A program made the translations under genes and the position numbers. Below the pieces are notes generated by a model. The model was not told the origin of the DNA. It saw only the letters and a list, made by a program, of their open reading frames with translations, and did not search any database. From Balanoglossus misakiensis (lineage: Eukaryota; Animalia; Hemichordata): a DNA stretch of 64,000 nt. Each line of letters begins with the position of its first letter. The first letter of the stretch is position 1. Location: positions 186,001 to 250,000 of the forward strand of contig JBECUI020000025.1 of NCBI GenBank assembly GCA_040954595.2. The letters run 5' to 3'. Shown piece after piece: positions 31,455 to 42,180 of this stretch.

Positions 31455-32324
31455 TCAGCCTCGTACCTCTTTAATGAGATTCGGAATATAATCAGGTCTA
31501 TCGGCAACCGCAACACCTGCAGACGCAAATGCACGCAGTTTACTTTCCGGAGTACCTGAACTCCCGGATATAATGGCTCCTGCATGTCCCATCCTCTTCC
31601 CAGGAGGAGCAGTACGCCCGGAAATAAAAGATACCACCGGTTTTGTCATATGCTCCTTAATATAATCAGCAGCATGCTCTTCACCTTCTCCACCAATCTC
31701 TCCAATGAGCACTACTGCATCAGTATCATTGTCTTTTTCAAACAGGGTTAAGATATCAACAAAATTCGAGCCGATAATCGGGTCGCCCCCGACTCCGACA
31801 CATGTCGATTGACCCATGCCATTGTTCGTCAGGTTGTACACGACTTCATAGGTTAGCGTACCACTTCGGGATACAACCCCGATAGTGCCCTGCTTATGTA
31901 TAAAAGCAGGCATAATGCCTATTTTACATTTTCCAGGTGAAATAAGACCCGGACAGTTCGGACCAATGAGACGAAGATTCCTTTCCTGTACGTATTCGTA
32001 CGCTTCAAGCATGCTTAAAACTGGAATCCCTTCGGTTATACAGATAATAAGAGGAACGGCGGCATCTGCAGCCTCTTTAATTGCAGCAAATGCATAGGGA
32101 GCAGGAACAAAAATGACGGAGGCATCGATACGATGCTGCTCCTGTGCCTGCCGAATCGTACCAAAAACCGGTATGCCCTCAACTTCCTGTCCGTCCTTCC
32201 CGGGTGTAACTCCAGCTACAACCTTGCTTCCGTCTTTTTTCATTGTTGTTGCATGGAAGGATCCGTCTCTGCCGGTTATACCTTGTACTAATACATTCGT
32301 TGTTTCATCAATTAAAATACTCAT
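31455..32324 (-). CDS. sucD: succinyl-CoA ligase alpha subunit
   Basis: [29 protein letters not shown]. Confidence 0.97.
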   Translation of the reverse strand: MSILIDETTNVLVQGITGRDGSFHATTMKKDGSKVVAGVTPGKDGQEVEGIPVFGTIRQAQEQHRIDASVIFVPAPYAFAAIKEAADAAVPLIICITEGIPVLSMLEAYEYVQERNLRLIGPNCPGLISPGKCKIGIMPAFIHKQGTIGVVSRSGTLTYEVVYNLTNNGMGQSTCVGVGGDPIIGSNFVDILTLFEKDNDTDAVVLIGEIGGEGEEHAADYIKEHMTKPVVSFISGRTAPPGKRMGHAGAIISGSSGTPESKLRAFASAGVAVADRPDYIPNLIKEVRG

Positions 32325-33454
32325 GCTCTTTTCCCTCCTAAAGCTACAACCTTCTCCACTGACTCACTCAGATCGTTGCCAACTTCCATATTCTTCGCCT
32401 GAAGAAGTGCTGTTCCTTCTTTTTGATTGGTTCCAACCAAACGAACGACGAGGGGTACGGAAATATTCAACTGTTCCATAGCAGTAATAAGCCCCTGTGC
32501 TATGTCGTCGCAACGGGTAATACCACCAAAAATATTAAGTAAAATGGCGCTCACCTTTGGATTACGTAAGATAATACGCACAGCGGCAACAACCTTGTCC
32601 GGATTGGAACTGCCACCAACATCAAGAAAGTTGGCTGGCATGCCTCCAAACAATTTAATAATGTCCATTGTTGCCATGGCAAGACCGGCGCCGTTTACAA
32701 TACATCCGATATCTCCGTCCATGCCAACAAAACTCAGCCCCTTCTCTCGTGCTTCCTCTTCGTCACTACTATACTCTTCCTTACTTTTCATGGAAACAAG
32801 ATCATCGTGCCGATAAAGTGCATTGTCGTCTATAACAACTTTTGCATCGAGAGCATGTAGACTCCCCTGTACTAATGCCAAGGGATTAATTTCTACTAAA
32901 TTGCAATCTTTTTCTACAAATAAGCGATACAACTGTAGCAGAAGCTGTTTTGCCTGCGGTTGCTGCTCGACCTGAAATATCTCATGCACAAACTCATCAA
33001 GCACCTTGTCGTCAATGCCTGTACTGATGGCAAAGGAATGCTTGATAATTTTTTCAGGGCTCTGCACTGCCAGCACTTCAATCTCTACACCCCCCTCTTG
33101 GCTTCCCATAAGAACAATATTTCGATTATTCCTATCTAAAACAAAACCAAGATAATACTCTTTCTCAATATCAACAGCCTTCGTTACCAGCAGTAACTCA
33201 ACCTGTATGTCTTTGATGTGCATACCAAGAATGTTAGATGCATGGGTGCGAACTTCATCGAGGGTTTTCGCTAACTTAACTCCGCCTGCCTTCCCTCTCC
33301 CTCCTGCTAATACCTGAGCTTTTAATACAACCGTTCCGCCAATTTTTTTTGCCGCTTGTACGGCTTCATCCACTGTGCGGACAACGTACTGTTCCTGTAC
33401 CGGTATTTCTACCGTCTGAAATAGTTCCTTCCCTTGATACTCGTATAAATTCAT
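32321..33454 (-). CDS. sucC: succinyl-CoA ligase beta subunit
   Basis: [38 protein letters not shown]. Confidence 0.97.
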   Translation of the reverse strand: MNLYEYQGKELFQTVEIPVQEQYVVRTVDEAVQAAKKIGGTVVLKAQVLAGGRGKAGGVKLAKTLDEVRTHASNILGMHIKDIQVELLLVTKAVDIEKEYYLGFVLDRNNRNIVLMGSQEGGVEIEVLAVQSPEKIIKHSFAISTGIDDKVLDEFVHEIFQVEQQPQAKQLLLQLYRLFVEKDCNLVEINPLALVQGSLHALDAKVVIDDNALYRHDDLVSMKSKEEYSSDEEEAREKGLSFVGMDGDIGCIVNGAGLAMATMDIIKLFGGMPANFLDVGGSSNPDKVVAAVRIILRNPKVSAILLNIFGGITRCDDIAQGLITAMEQLNISVPLVVRLVGTNQKEGTALLQAKNMEVGNDLSESVEKVVALGGKRA

Positions 33455-33457
33455 ATC

Positions 33458-34198
33458 TTATCCTTCTACTGCAGTTTTTTCACCACGGTTTTTTCTGTAC
33501 TTTTCAATCTGACGTTTGGTCTGATTAATAAGTTTTGTTATCTTTATTTCTCTCGGACAGACACGCGTACAAGCGAACTTGTTCTCACATGGCCAGACTC
33601 CATTTTTTGTATCTAAAATGTCCAAGCGAGCATCCAGACCCTTATCTCGACTATCATTAACAAATCGTGCTGCTGCAACAATAGCAGCAGGACCAATAAA
33701 ATCAGGATTCGTATCCAAGATGGGACAGGCGGAATAACATGCCCCGCAATTAATACACTTGCTGGCATCATCAATCTTTTCCCTGTCTTCGGGTGATTGA
33801 ATATATTCCTTCGTTCCCGGTTCTTCTCTGTTAATTAAAAAGGGAAGAACCGATCGAAATTTCTCCTGAAATATCGACTGATCGACCATAAGATCGTGTT
33901 GCACGTCTAAATGCTGTAAAGGTTCAAGACGAATGGTGCTGTTTCCGTCCTCTATAACATCTTTTATAAGCGTTTTACACGCTAATGCTTCTTTACCGTT
34001 AATGCGCATAGCATCCGACCCGCATACCCCATGGGCACAACTCCGACGAAAACCTAATGTTCCATCCTGGTCTCGCATTATGTATAGAAGTGCATCCAAC
34101 ACACGTTCATTTTCTTCTACTGAGAGCGTGTAACTCTGAAAATACGGGGCAGTGCCCTTTTTTCGATCGTAACGTTTAATCTCCAATGTAACTGTCAT
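33458..34198 (-). CDS. sdhB: succinate dehydrogenase/fumarate reductase iron-sulfur subunit
   Basis: SCAHGVCGSD...C, CINCGACYSACP and C.....CTRVCP cluster motifs; ATG at 34198 follows GAGGAG. Confidence 0.95.
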   Translation of the reverse strand: MTVTLEIKRYDRKKGTAPYFQSYTLSVEENERVLDALLYIMRDQDGTLGFRRSCAHGVCGSDAMRINGKEALACKTLIKDVIEDGNSTIRLEPLQHLDVQHDLMVDQSIFQEKFRSVLPFLINREEPGTKEYIQSPEDREKIDDASKCINCGACYSACPILDTNPDFIGPAAIVAAARFVNDSRDKGLDARLDILDTKNGVWPCENKFACTRVCPREIKITKLINQTKRQIEKYRKNRGEKTAVEG

Positions 34199-34208
34199 GC
34201 TTACTCCT

Positions 34209-35948
34209 CTAATATTCCCGCGGTTTCGGTTCCCATATGCCGAGAACAACTGGCGAGTATTCAATTTTTGTTGTTGTATCCTTTACACTGATAAGAGTAT
34301 GCTTAAGCCATTCATTATCATTTCTGTCTTGATAGTCTCGTCTTGCATGAGCCCCACGACTCTCCTTTCTGTTTGCAGCCGCTGCTGCAATACTTATAGC
34401 TAAATTGACGAGATGTTGGGCTTCATACCTGCTTTGTAGCTCTATATTAAAATATGCACTGTCTGAATTGAGAACGGAAGCATCCAGTTCTTTCTTCAAT
34501 TCGGTTACTTGTGCAAGGGCCTTGTCCATCTCCGATTGTTCACGATAGACCCCAACATAGGTTGTCATAATTCTCTGCACTTCGGTAAGAATGGCGCCAA
34601 ATGATCGTCCTTCACTCTTTCCTTTCGTGTATCCCGCAATGGTGTCCTTGGTTCGTTCGGCTACTTTTTTATTCACGGTCGGAGCGGTACTACGTTTTGC
34701 ATACTCTGCTGCATGCCGACCTGCTCTCCTTCCAAAAACAACAAGCTCCAACAGACTGTTGGTTCCCAGTCGATTGGCTCCATGAACCGATACACAAGCA
34801 CATTCTCCCACCGCGTATAGACCATCATAGGTACGAGAAACATCGTGTACCCTCCCATCTACGTCAGTGGGAATACCTCCCATCGCATAATGGGCAGTCG
34901 GCTGTACGGGAATTGGTTTTTCGGCAGGATCAACATCTAAATAGGTCTTGCAAAAATCTACTATGTCTGGTAATCGCTCTTCTACAATATCTCTGCCTAA
35001 ATGAGTGGCATCTAATAGAACGTAATCATCTATTGTTCCTGTTCCTTTTATGCCACGTTTGTTTAGTATTTCAGTCGTAACTGCTCGAGAAATCATGTCT
35101 CTCGGAGCAAGATCAAGAAGGGTGGGCGCATATCGCTCCATAAAACGCTCTTGGTTCCTGTTCTTTAGTATACCACCCTCCCCGCGTACTCCTTCGGTTA
35201 TAAGAATGCCCAAACGATAGATGCCGGTAGGATGAAACTGATAGAACTCCATGTCTTTTAAGGGTAAGCCCGCTTGCAGTAATATGCCGGGACCGTCGCC
35301 TGTACTGGATAAGGCATTTGAAGTTGTATAAAAAACCCGTCCATACCCTCCCGTTGCAAAAACAGTAGATTTTGCAAAAAACAAATGAATATGTCCGGTA
35401 GCAAGTTCAACAGCAACAATGCCCTGTGCTTTCCCGTTTTCTATAATGACGTCAGTGGCAAAAAATTCATTAAAAAACTTTACGTTATGTCGCACGCATT
35501 GCTGGTACAGCGTTTGTAAGATCATATTGCCTGTACGATCGGCAGCGTAACAAGCACGGCGCACAGGCCCCTTGCCGAAATGATGGGTATGCCCGCCAAA
35601 CCTGCGTTGTGCTATTTTGCCGTCCGGCAGTCGCGAGAAAGGGAGACCAAAATGTTCCAACTCATAGATTGATTCGACCGCATCTTCAGCAAGAATTTTT
35701 GCCGCATTCTGATCCACAAGATAATCTCCGCCTTTTACCGTATCAAAGGCATGCCACTCAACACTATCTTCTTCCAAGTTACCGAGGGATGCACTAATGC
35801 CACCCTGGGCAGCCCCAGTATGGCTTCGTTGCGGATATAGCTTCGATATTACAGCTGTTTTAACGTTTTTGCCAGCTTCCAATGCCGCATACAAGCCCGC
35901 TCCACCACCACCTACAACAATCACATCGTATTCATGTGTATGAATCAT
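34209..35948 (-). CDS. sdhA: succinate dehydrogenase/fumarate reductase flavoprotein subunit
   Basis: GGGGAG, RSHTGAAQGG (covalent-FAD His), QFHPTG, HYAMGG, HGANRLGTNSL, ESRGAH. Confidence 0.96.
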   Translation of the reverse strand: MIHTHEYDVIVVGGGGAGLYAALEAGKNVKTAVISKLYPQRSHTGAAQGGISASLGNLEEDSVEWHAFDTVKGGDYLVDQNAAKILAEDAVESIYELEHFGLPFSRLPDGKIAQRRFGGHTHHFGKGPVRRACYAADRTGNMILQTLYQQCVRHNVKFFNEFFATDVIIENGKAQGIVAVELATGHIHLFFAKSTVFATGGYGRVFYTTSNALSSTGDGPGILLQAGLPLKDMEFYQFHPTGIYRLGILITEGVRGEGGILKNRNQERFMERYAPTLLDLAPRDMISRAVTTEILNKRGIKGTGTIDDYVLLDATHLGRDIVEERLPDIVDFCKTYLDVDPAEKPIPVQPTAHYAMGGIPTDVDGRVHDVSRTYDGLYAVGECACVSVHGANRLGTNSLLELVVFGRRAGRHAAEYAKRSTAPTVNKKVAERTKDTIAGYTKGKSEGRSFGAILTEVQRIMTTYVGVYREQSEMDKALAQVTELKKELDASVLNSDSAYFNIELQSRYEAQHLVNLAISIAAAAANRKESRGAHARRDYQDRNDNEWLKHTLISVKDTTTKIEYSPVVLGIWEPKPREY

Positions 35949-35986
35949 TATATCTCCTATTCAAGACACTATATATTACCTTAGGT

Positions 35987-36015
35987 AGAATAACATAAGC
36001 TATAATAATGTGCAA
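35987..36015 (-). promoter_or_regulatory. sigma70 promoter of the sdhAB-sucCD-sucAB-lpdA operon
   Basis: TTGCAC-N17-TATTCT with TG extension, in the 91-bp gap upstream of sdhA. Confidence 0.55.
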
Positions 36016-36039
36016 GCATTACCATAGACTGCATCATTA

Positions 36040-39000
36040 CTAATTACTCTTGTGTACCGGCTGCTCTCCAAAGTACTTCTTATCGGGAGTATCCCAGAGA
36101 TTCGGCCACTGTCCGTTTCCTGCCCAGACCCAGGAGGATATTTCAATGGGCACATGGGTTTTATAAATAAAAGAACCATAATTCTCATCATATGTTCCCT
36201 CACTGTTTCCGGGTTGAAATATAAAATCAGAAAAGCCATCCACTCGGGGGATGTCAGGAAAGAGTTCTTTTCCTGTTGTTGTCGTTGCTGGATCTCCGTC
36301 ATCCGAGTAGTATTTCCCATCTGCTCGTTGCTCAAGGGTGGATTCCGAAGGAACTTCCACCATGTATCCAGAAGTGTCTTCCACCCCATTTTCCGTTCCG
36401 TCCCGCCCAGGAGACAGATAGAGGGAAGAACCAAGACCTAAAGCCGGCAGGGCACGACCTGCACTATACTCGTTTCCTACTGCGGCTTTGTCGTAATAGG
36501 AAAAGACCGGACTCCAAGAAGACACGGTTGCAGTTCCTGCAACTGCACCAAAGGATTCATCAGTGGAGCCGGCTGCTCTTCGAACTTCTGCTGTTGTATA
36601 ACCTATCGCTTTGAGATCAGTACCATTGTTGTCTAACTCAAAGAATCCCACCAGTCCCCCTACCTCATTGTTGCCAATTACCCTTCCCGTTGCATATCCA
36701 TACAGCGGTCCATCCAAACTGGCACCAGCAAGGGCACCTACCGACTCATGCCCTTTTACATCTCCTGTTGAATAGCCAACGTGAATCTCCCACCCAATGG
36801 CAGCCCCCGTTAGTCCCCCTACATTATCATGCCCCTCGACTCTGCCAGTATTATAACCAAATAAAGCATGTCCCGAAAACAATCCAACCACACCACCCAC
36901 AAAGGCACCCGCTGCTTGTATAAACACATGACTGTCTGCAGCAATGATGCTGGCGTTGCTGTCAGCATATCCAACTACACCACCAGCGTATGTCGACCAA
37001 CTCTGCTCCCATCCGATAGCCGTAACATCTGCCACATTATCTACCTCCGTAACCCGCACACTGATATTTTTAGCTATCTTAGAGTCCATTACACCTGCAA
37101 GAACCCCCACAGCTGCACTAGCAGATATGAAGGGATCAACAAAAATAATATCTTCAGCACATACCTCAACATCAGCAGAGGGAAGACGAACCTCATATGC
37201 CATCGCGAAGAGACCGGCAAAAATGAGATTTGGAGCATTTATGTAGAAATTGTGTATTGCGTATCGAGTTCGGGCATCGACCGAATCTGGAACACGGGTG
37301 CCTGTTAACGTTCCTGAAAAATAGTCACCAGTAGTCTGAAAATTTGTAAAAAACGAGGAGATACTGGAATAGGGAAGCTGATCGGCTTCTTCGGTGGTAA
37401 TACTTGTTCCTATCGGATCAAATCCCTCCAGTGGGAAACCGTATGTGCCGGGAATAGGAAAAACTATGTCGGTTTTTAATTGATAATCCCCAGTTTTGTC
37501 ATGCTGCATGTTCTGTAGGTCTCGCCAGCTATATATATCGGATGTCGGTGATTTACTCTTCTGCAAGGTATTATTCGTTAATCCAAGAACAATCGCCACT
37601 TGGCTTCGCTTGACAATCAATACAATGTTTATTTCCGTTTCCGATTCTAACATGTCCCAATCTGCCTTGCTCATCTGCGGTCCTACGCCGATTCTGCCAC
37701 TTTCTTCACTAATAATGTCCGATGTATCACCACTATCGTACACTACCGTACCGTCTGTTTTTTCTATCCGTATCTGCGCAGTTAAATCTGCCTTACTGTT
37801 CTCGTTCGGCAAAAGAAAGAGAAAGGAATTGTTAAAGTCTCCTATGCTAAACCAATTCTGCGATTCATCTCCAATGCCGGGCTTATAGATATAACCTGCT
37901 GGGGGGGCACTTCCCACATGAACCGTTACACTGACTATTTTGCTTGACCCATACATGGTGCTGTCAAGCGAACTTGCTGTTATCTGTACGTTATACGTTC
38001 CGTCCGGGACTGTTCGGGCTACTGTTATCTCCGTACCTGCTGCATGAATAGTAAATCCTTCTACTGTATTTCCAGACTGGTTTTTTGCTACTACTGTATA
38101 CGCCGCTGCTCCTGCAGGAATGCTTGTTGTTCCACTTATGGTTCCCCCACCTGTTGGAATAATCCCACTTGTATCGTACGAAAGTTCATACTGTTCCAGA
38201 GACGGTACTACCCGTAATTGCATCGTATGCTCCAGCGTCCCTCCATAGTTACTTGTTCCCACAACATTTACTTGAATTATGAACGTCAGGTCTACTGCTG
38301 TTGTCTCATCGGTGGCATAACTCACCTGTACACTGCCGGTTGTTTCATCAATCACAATGCCACTCGTTGCTGGACTCAATGCATATTGAAACGTTATTAT
38401 TGCAGGAAGCGTTGTTCCTTCTCTATTAATTTCAAATCTCTGTTCCACTCCACGAACTGCCGTTAAGGGTCCGGACCCATAACTCAACACATACTCGTTA
38501 ATGTTTCGTTCCGCTATGACTATCTCTACTGTTGCAACTACTGTTCCTTCATAGCCACTCGCGGTTGCTGTTATTTCTATTGAATAGGTGCCAACATTCG
38601 GATAACTTGTCCCAAATGATACGGTTCCGTTCGTCCCATCTATCTCTACCCCACTCGTTTGATCATCCTTGGTCTTCGTAAAAAGTGTTAGCGGAAAACT
38701 GTCTGTTACTGTTGCTCCAAATACGCGCCGATCCCCATATACAACCTCTATGCGATTATCGTCGTCGTACGATAATGTTACATCTACCGGTATCGGTGGT
38801 TGTACCACTTCTATCACCACTTCGTTGCTTCTCTTTGTTCCTTCATAATTTGAATTATCAGATGTTACTGCGACTACAAGACGATACACTCCTGCCGATA
38901 CTCCAGCTGATACAATAATATCTCCTGCATCTGCTCCTGAGTCGTCTACCGCAAATCCTCCGTTCGCGGGGCGTACATCGATACTATAACGGGGAAGTGC

Positions 39001-42000
39001 TTCTGCCGGTATTGTGTTCGTCGTTGGACTGATCCGAACACTCTCATCTGTTTGCACAGTTTGTTGATCTACGTAGCTAAACTCGTAGCTGTCCATCGAC
39101 GATGCACCTACGCTGACTGTTGCTGTTGTTTCCAACCGACCCCGATAGTTTGTGCCTAAAAACTCCACGTCAATTTGGTAGTCCCCAGCTGGTACTCCAA
39201 CTCCAATGGTCAGTCTTCCGTCTGCTCCCACTGAAAACAGATTCCCCGATACCGGATTCCATGAACCGACTTCTTCTTTTCGTACTTCTTTTATTGTATA
39301 ATCGGCTCCCCTTACATCGGAAGGTACCCCAACTTGCACAACTGCATAACTCTTCTCTATTCCGTATTCCGCATTACTGTCAACTGTATAACTTATGCTC
39401 CCACTTATTGTTGGTGGAATTACTACAACACTTATGGCTGCCTGCTTGCTTGTATCCGCTACCGCTTCAGCCGTTAATGTTGCTACTCCATCTCCATCTC
39501 CCTTTATCGTAATGCTCCTCGATCCTGTTTCCAATACTGCCTCTTCTCCGACTGCTGTACCCGTCTCAATGCTTACCAGTACACGCTGACTGCTTGTCCA
39601 ACGAATCGTCTGGTCCGACTGCGCGAGGTTCTCAATTTCTAGGACCGCAACTATTTCATGTGAAGTATCCCTCTCTATTTCTCGGGTCCCTGTTCCTTCT
39701 ATCTGAATGCTGATTATTCCATTACTCCGTATTTGCTCTGGGGGGCTCCACGTTCCCTTCTCCGTATTCCCGTCTGCTCCTGCTTCCGTATTAATTGCTT
39801 GTACTCGTACTTGATAATTTACTCCACCTTCTGCTACGGTCGTACTTGCTTGGGTCTCCGACCCGCGATAGATCTGTTGCCACGCCTCCTGGGTATTCCG
39901 ACGATACTGAGCTTCATACTCTACCAATCCATCCGTATTCCCGTCTCTCTGCTTCCCGGCTGTCGAGGCATCCCACTCAATTGCTAATACCTTCAAACCC
40001 TGATTATCCGTTTTTTTCCGTCCGTTTTTTTCCGAATATTTGCAGGAATGCTCGGCGCTGTGGAATAGTCGTCAGGGGCTGCCATCTGTACACTTAACTG
40101 TTCAGATAATACTTCTTCATTGTTCCCCTTTGCCACCACCTGTACATAGTACACACTCCCTGCTGTTAAACCGCTTAGATCTGTACTCGTTGCACTTATA
40201 TCCGTTGCTACTCGATCCCCTCTATCCCCTGCTAATGTAGAACGATACACATCATATACGGGAATAACCTTGCTCCCTGTCGATGTGTACCCGATACTCC
40301 CTTCTTGCCAGTTCAACACAAAAGTCATTTGTCCAACTGCACTTGAGATTAACCCGCTTGCACTTCCTATCGTTTCCGCGAGATCCAGCCATACCCCACT
40401 GCTTTCCGCTTCGGTCAATACCGTACTTCCCTCGCTTTCTAATCCCTCTTCGTTGGTCGCTGTTACAACAAAACTGTACTGGGTATTTCCCTTCAGGTTC
40501 CCTATCTCTGCTGTTGTTGCCAAACTCTCTCCTATCTTGTTTATTCGTAACTGTGCTGGACTATTCTTTGTTGGAATGCTTGCTCCTTCTTCCCAGTAGA
40601 CCGTATAAAAAGAGAGCTCGGTCGACAATCCTCCAGATCCGGTGCCCGCATTCGTAACCGCTTGCCATTGTATCGTTGCCGTAAGGGTTCGGTCTCCGTC
40701 ATCTGTTGGGGTAATTGCTCGGGTCTCTCCAATCATAAGTCCCGCCGGCGCCTCGGGTGGAAGTGCTGCTGACAGCGATATCTGTAAGAGGGCATCTGCG
40801 ATCGCACTGTCATCGGCTTCTGCTGTTGCAATAATGCTTATGTTTCCATCCGAAATAGGCCTTATACGAAGGGTATTCCCTTCTTCTGTTATACTGACAA
40901 AACTAGATAACTGTCCGCTCGTCGCCGAGTACCCCCACGTTACGCTCCCTGATACGTTCTCCCTATCAACTTCCGCTGTTAATTGATATTCACTAATGCT
41001 GTTGAGGGTCCCACTTCGATCTATTTCCACTCCATCCAAAAGAAGGCTCACACCTCGCACTCCATTGCTTACCATGCGCGTATTCACCCAGCTACTTGCT
41101 AACGGTTCCGCACTCCCGTCGTCATTCACGGCTCTCATCTCTATTTCGTATTCTACTGCAGCGTTCAGTTCTGTTATTGTTACTCCGATTTGTTCGGTCT
41201 CTATCAGTATTTGTATTGTTTCCGCTGAGTTTACCCAACTCTCACTTCCATCTCCCGTATACAGGCGATAGCGTACCTCGTAGCGCAGCGCGAGTTCTCC
41301 CCCTCCTGCATCCGTTCCCGGTTGTACCGGATCAATGATAAACTGTAGTGCTCTTACTCGTTGATAACTTGGATCTTTTTCTCCTATAACCGGTATCCCG
41401 GGGGCTGATGTTTCGTTTGTTTCTTCAACTACTTCATTACTTCCCCCTCCCTCAAGTCCCTCTGCATTCATGGCTGTTACCATAAAATGTACCACCGTTC
41501 CGCTTGCCAATGCTGTGGGAATAGAAAAGGTAAAGACGTTCTCCACTGTTGTCGGTACCCCGTCGTAGTCCCTCAACGTCACCAATCTGTCTGCTGCCCA
41601 ATATACTTTATACGTATCAAACTGGGAAGGCTCTCCGGCTAATGTCTTCCCAAAATGCACCGGTACGTCCCAGATTAAGCTGATGCTCTCCGCATTCTTG
41701 CCATTGACCCGAAGGTTGCTTGGGGCTGCCGGTCGTTCGCTTAAGAGAGTTAGCACTGGTTCCGGGCTCGCTACCGGAGCTGAGTCTCCCTCTACTGTCT
41801 TCACAATAACACGATAATCGTACTCCTGTTCCGGTGTTAACCCGCTTACTCGATAATGTACACGGGGCCCCTCAACAAAGAGTACCTCTCCGATCTTTTG
41901 TTCCCACTGGCTTGTACCAACTTCTCGTATTTCTACTACGTAGTCGGTTACTTCTACTCCACTCGGTGGTCTCCAGGTAAAATCTACGGTTGTTCCCGTT

Positions 42001-42149
42001 CGATCTCCTACTTGCACATCCTCGACCGCTGGAATTACGAGTGTACTTCCAGTACTAGTGCTTCCGCACGAAAGCAATACTACACCGGTTATTATAACTA
42101 TAACTGCTACAATAACTACATTTACAGATCGAATTATTTGTCGACTCAT
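36040..42149 (-). CDS. giant surface lipoprotein, copy A (~2031 aa if repaired): FN3 + Ig-like stalk + C-terminal GLUG-type domain; interrupted by a 14-bp tandem duplication
   Basis: RBS AAGGAG, signal MSRQII...VVLLS|C. FN3-like modules (W.PP...Y.V...GLTPEQEYDYRV) and Ig-like modules. ORFs 39993-42212 and 36040-39996 join once one copy of TCCGTTTTTTTCCG (40007-40034) is removed. The C-terminal part has VGGLxG/GYSTG repeats. Confidence 0.8.
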
Positions 42150-42180
42150 GTTATTCTCCTTGATATGTTTGTCCCCATTA

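Noticed and set aside
36118-37408. Polymorphic toxin with C-terminal toxin and immunity gene
   Set aside because: The variable part is a Gly-rich solenoid-like repeat rather than a recognisable toxin, the extreme C-terminus is constant, and the 31-bp and 91-bp gaps leave no room for immunity genes.
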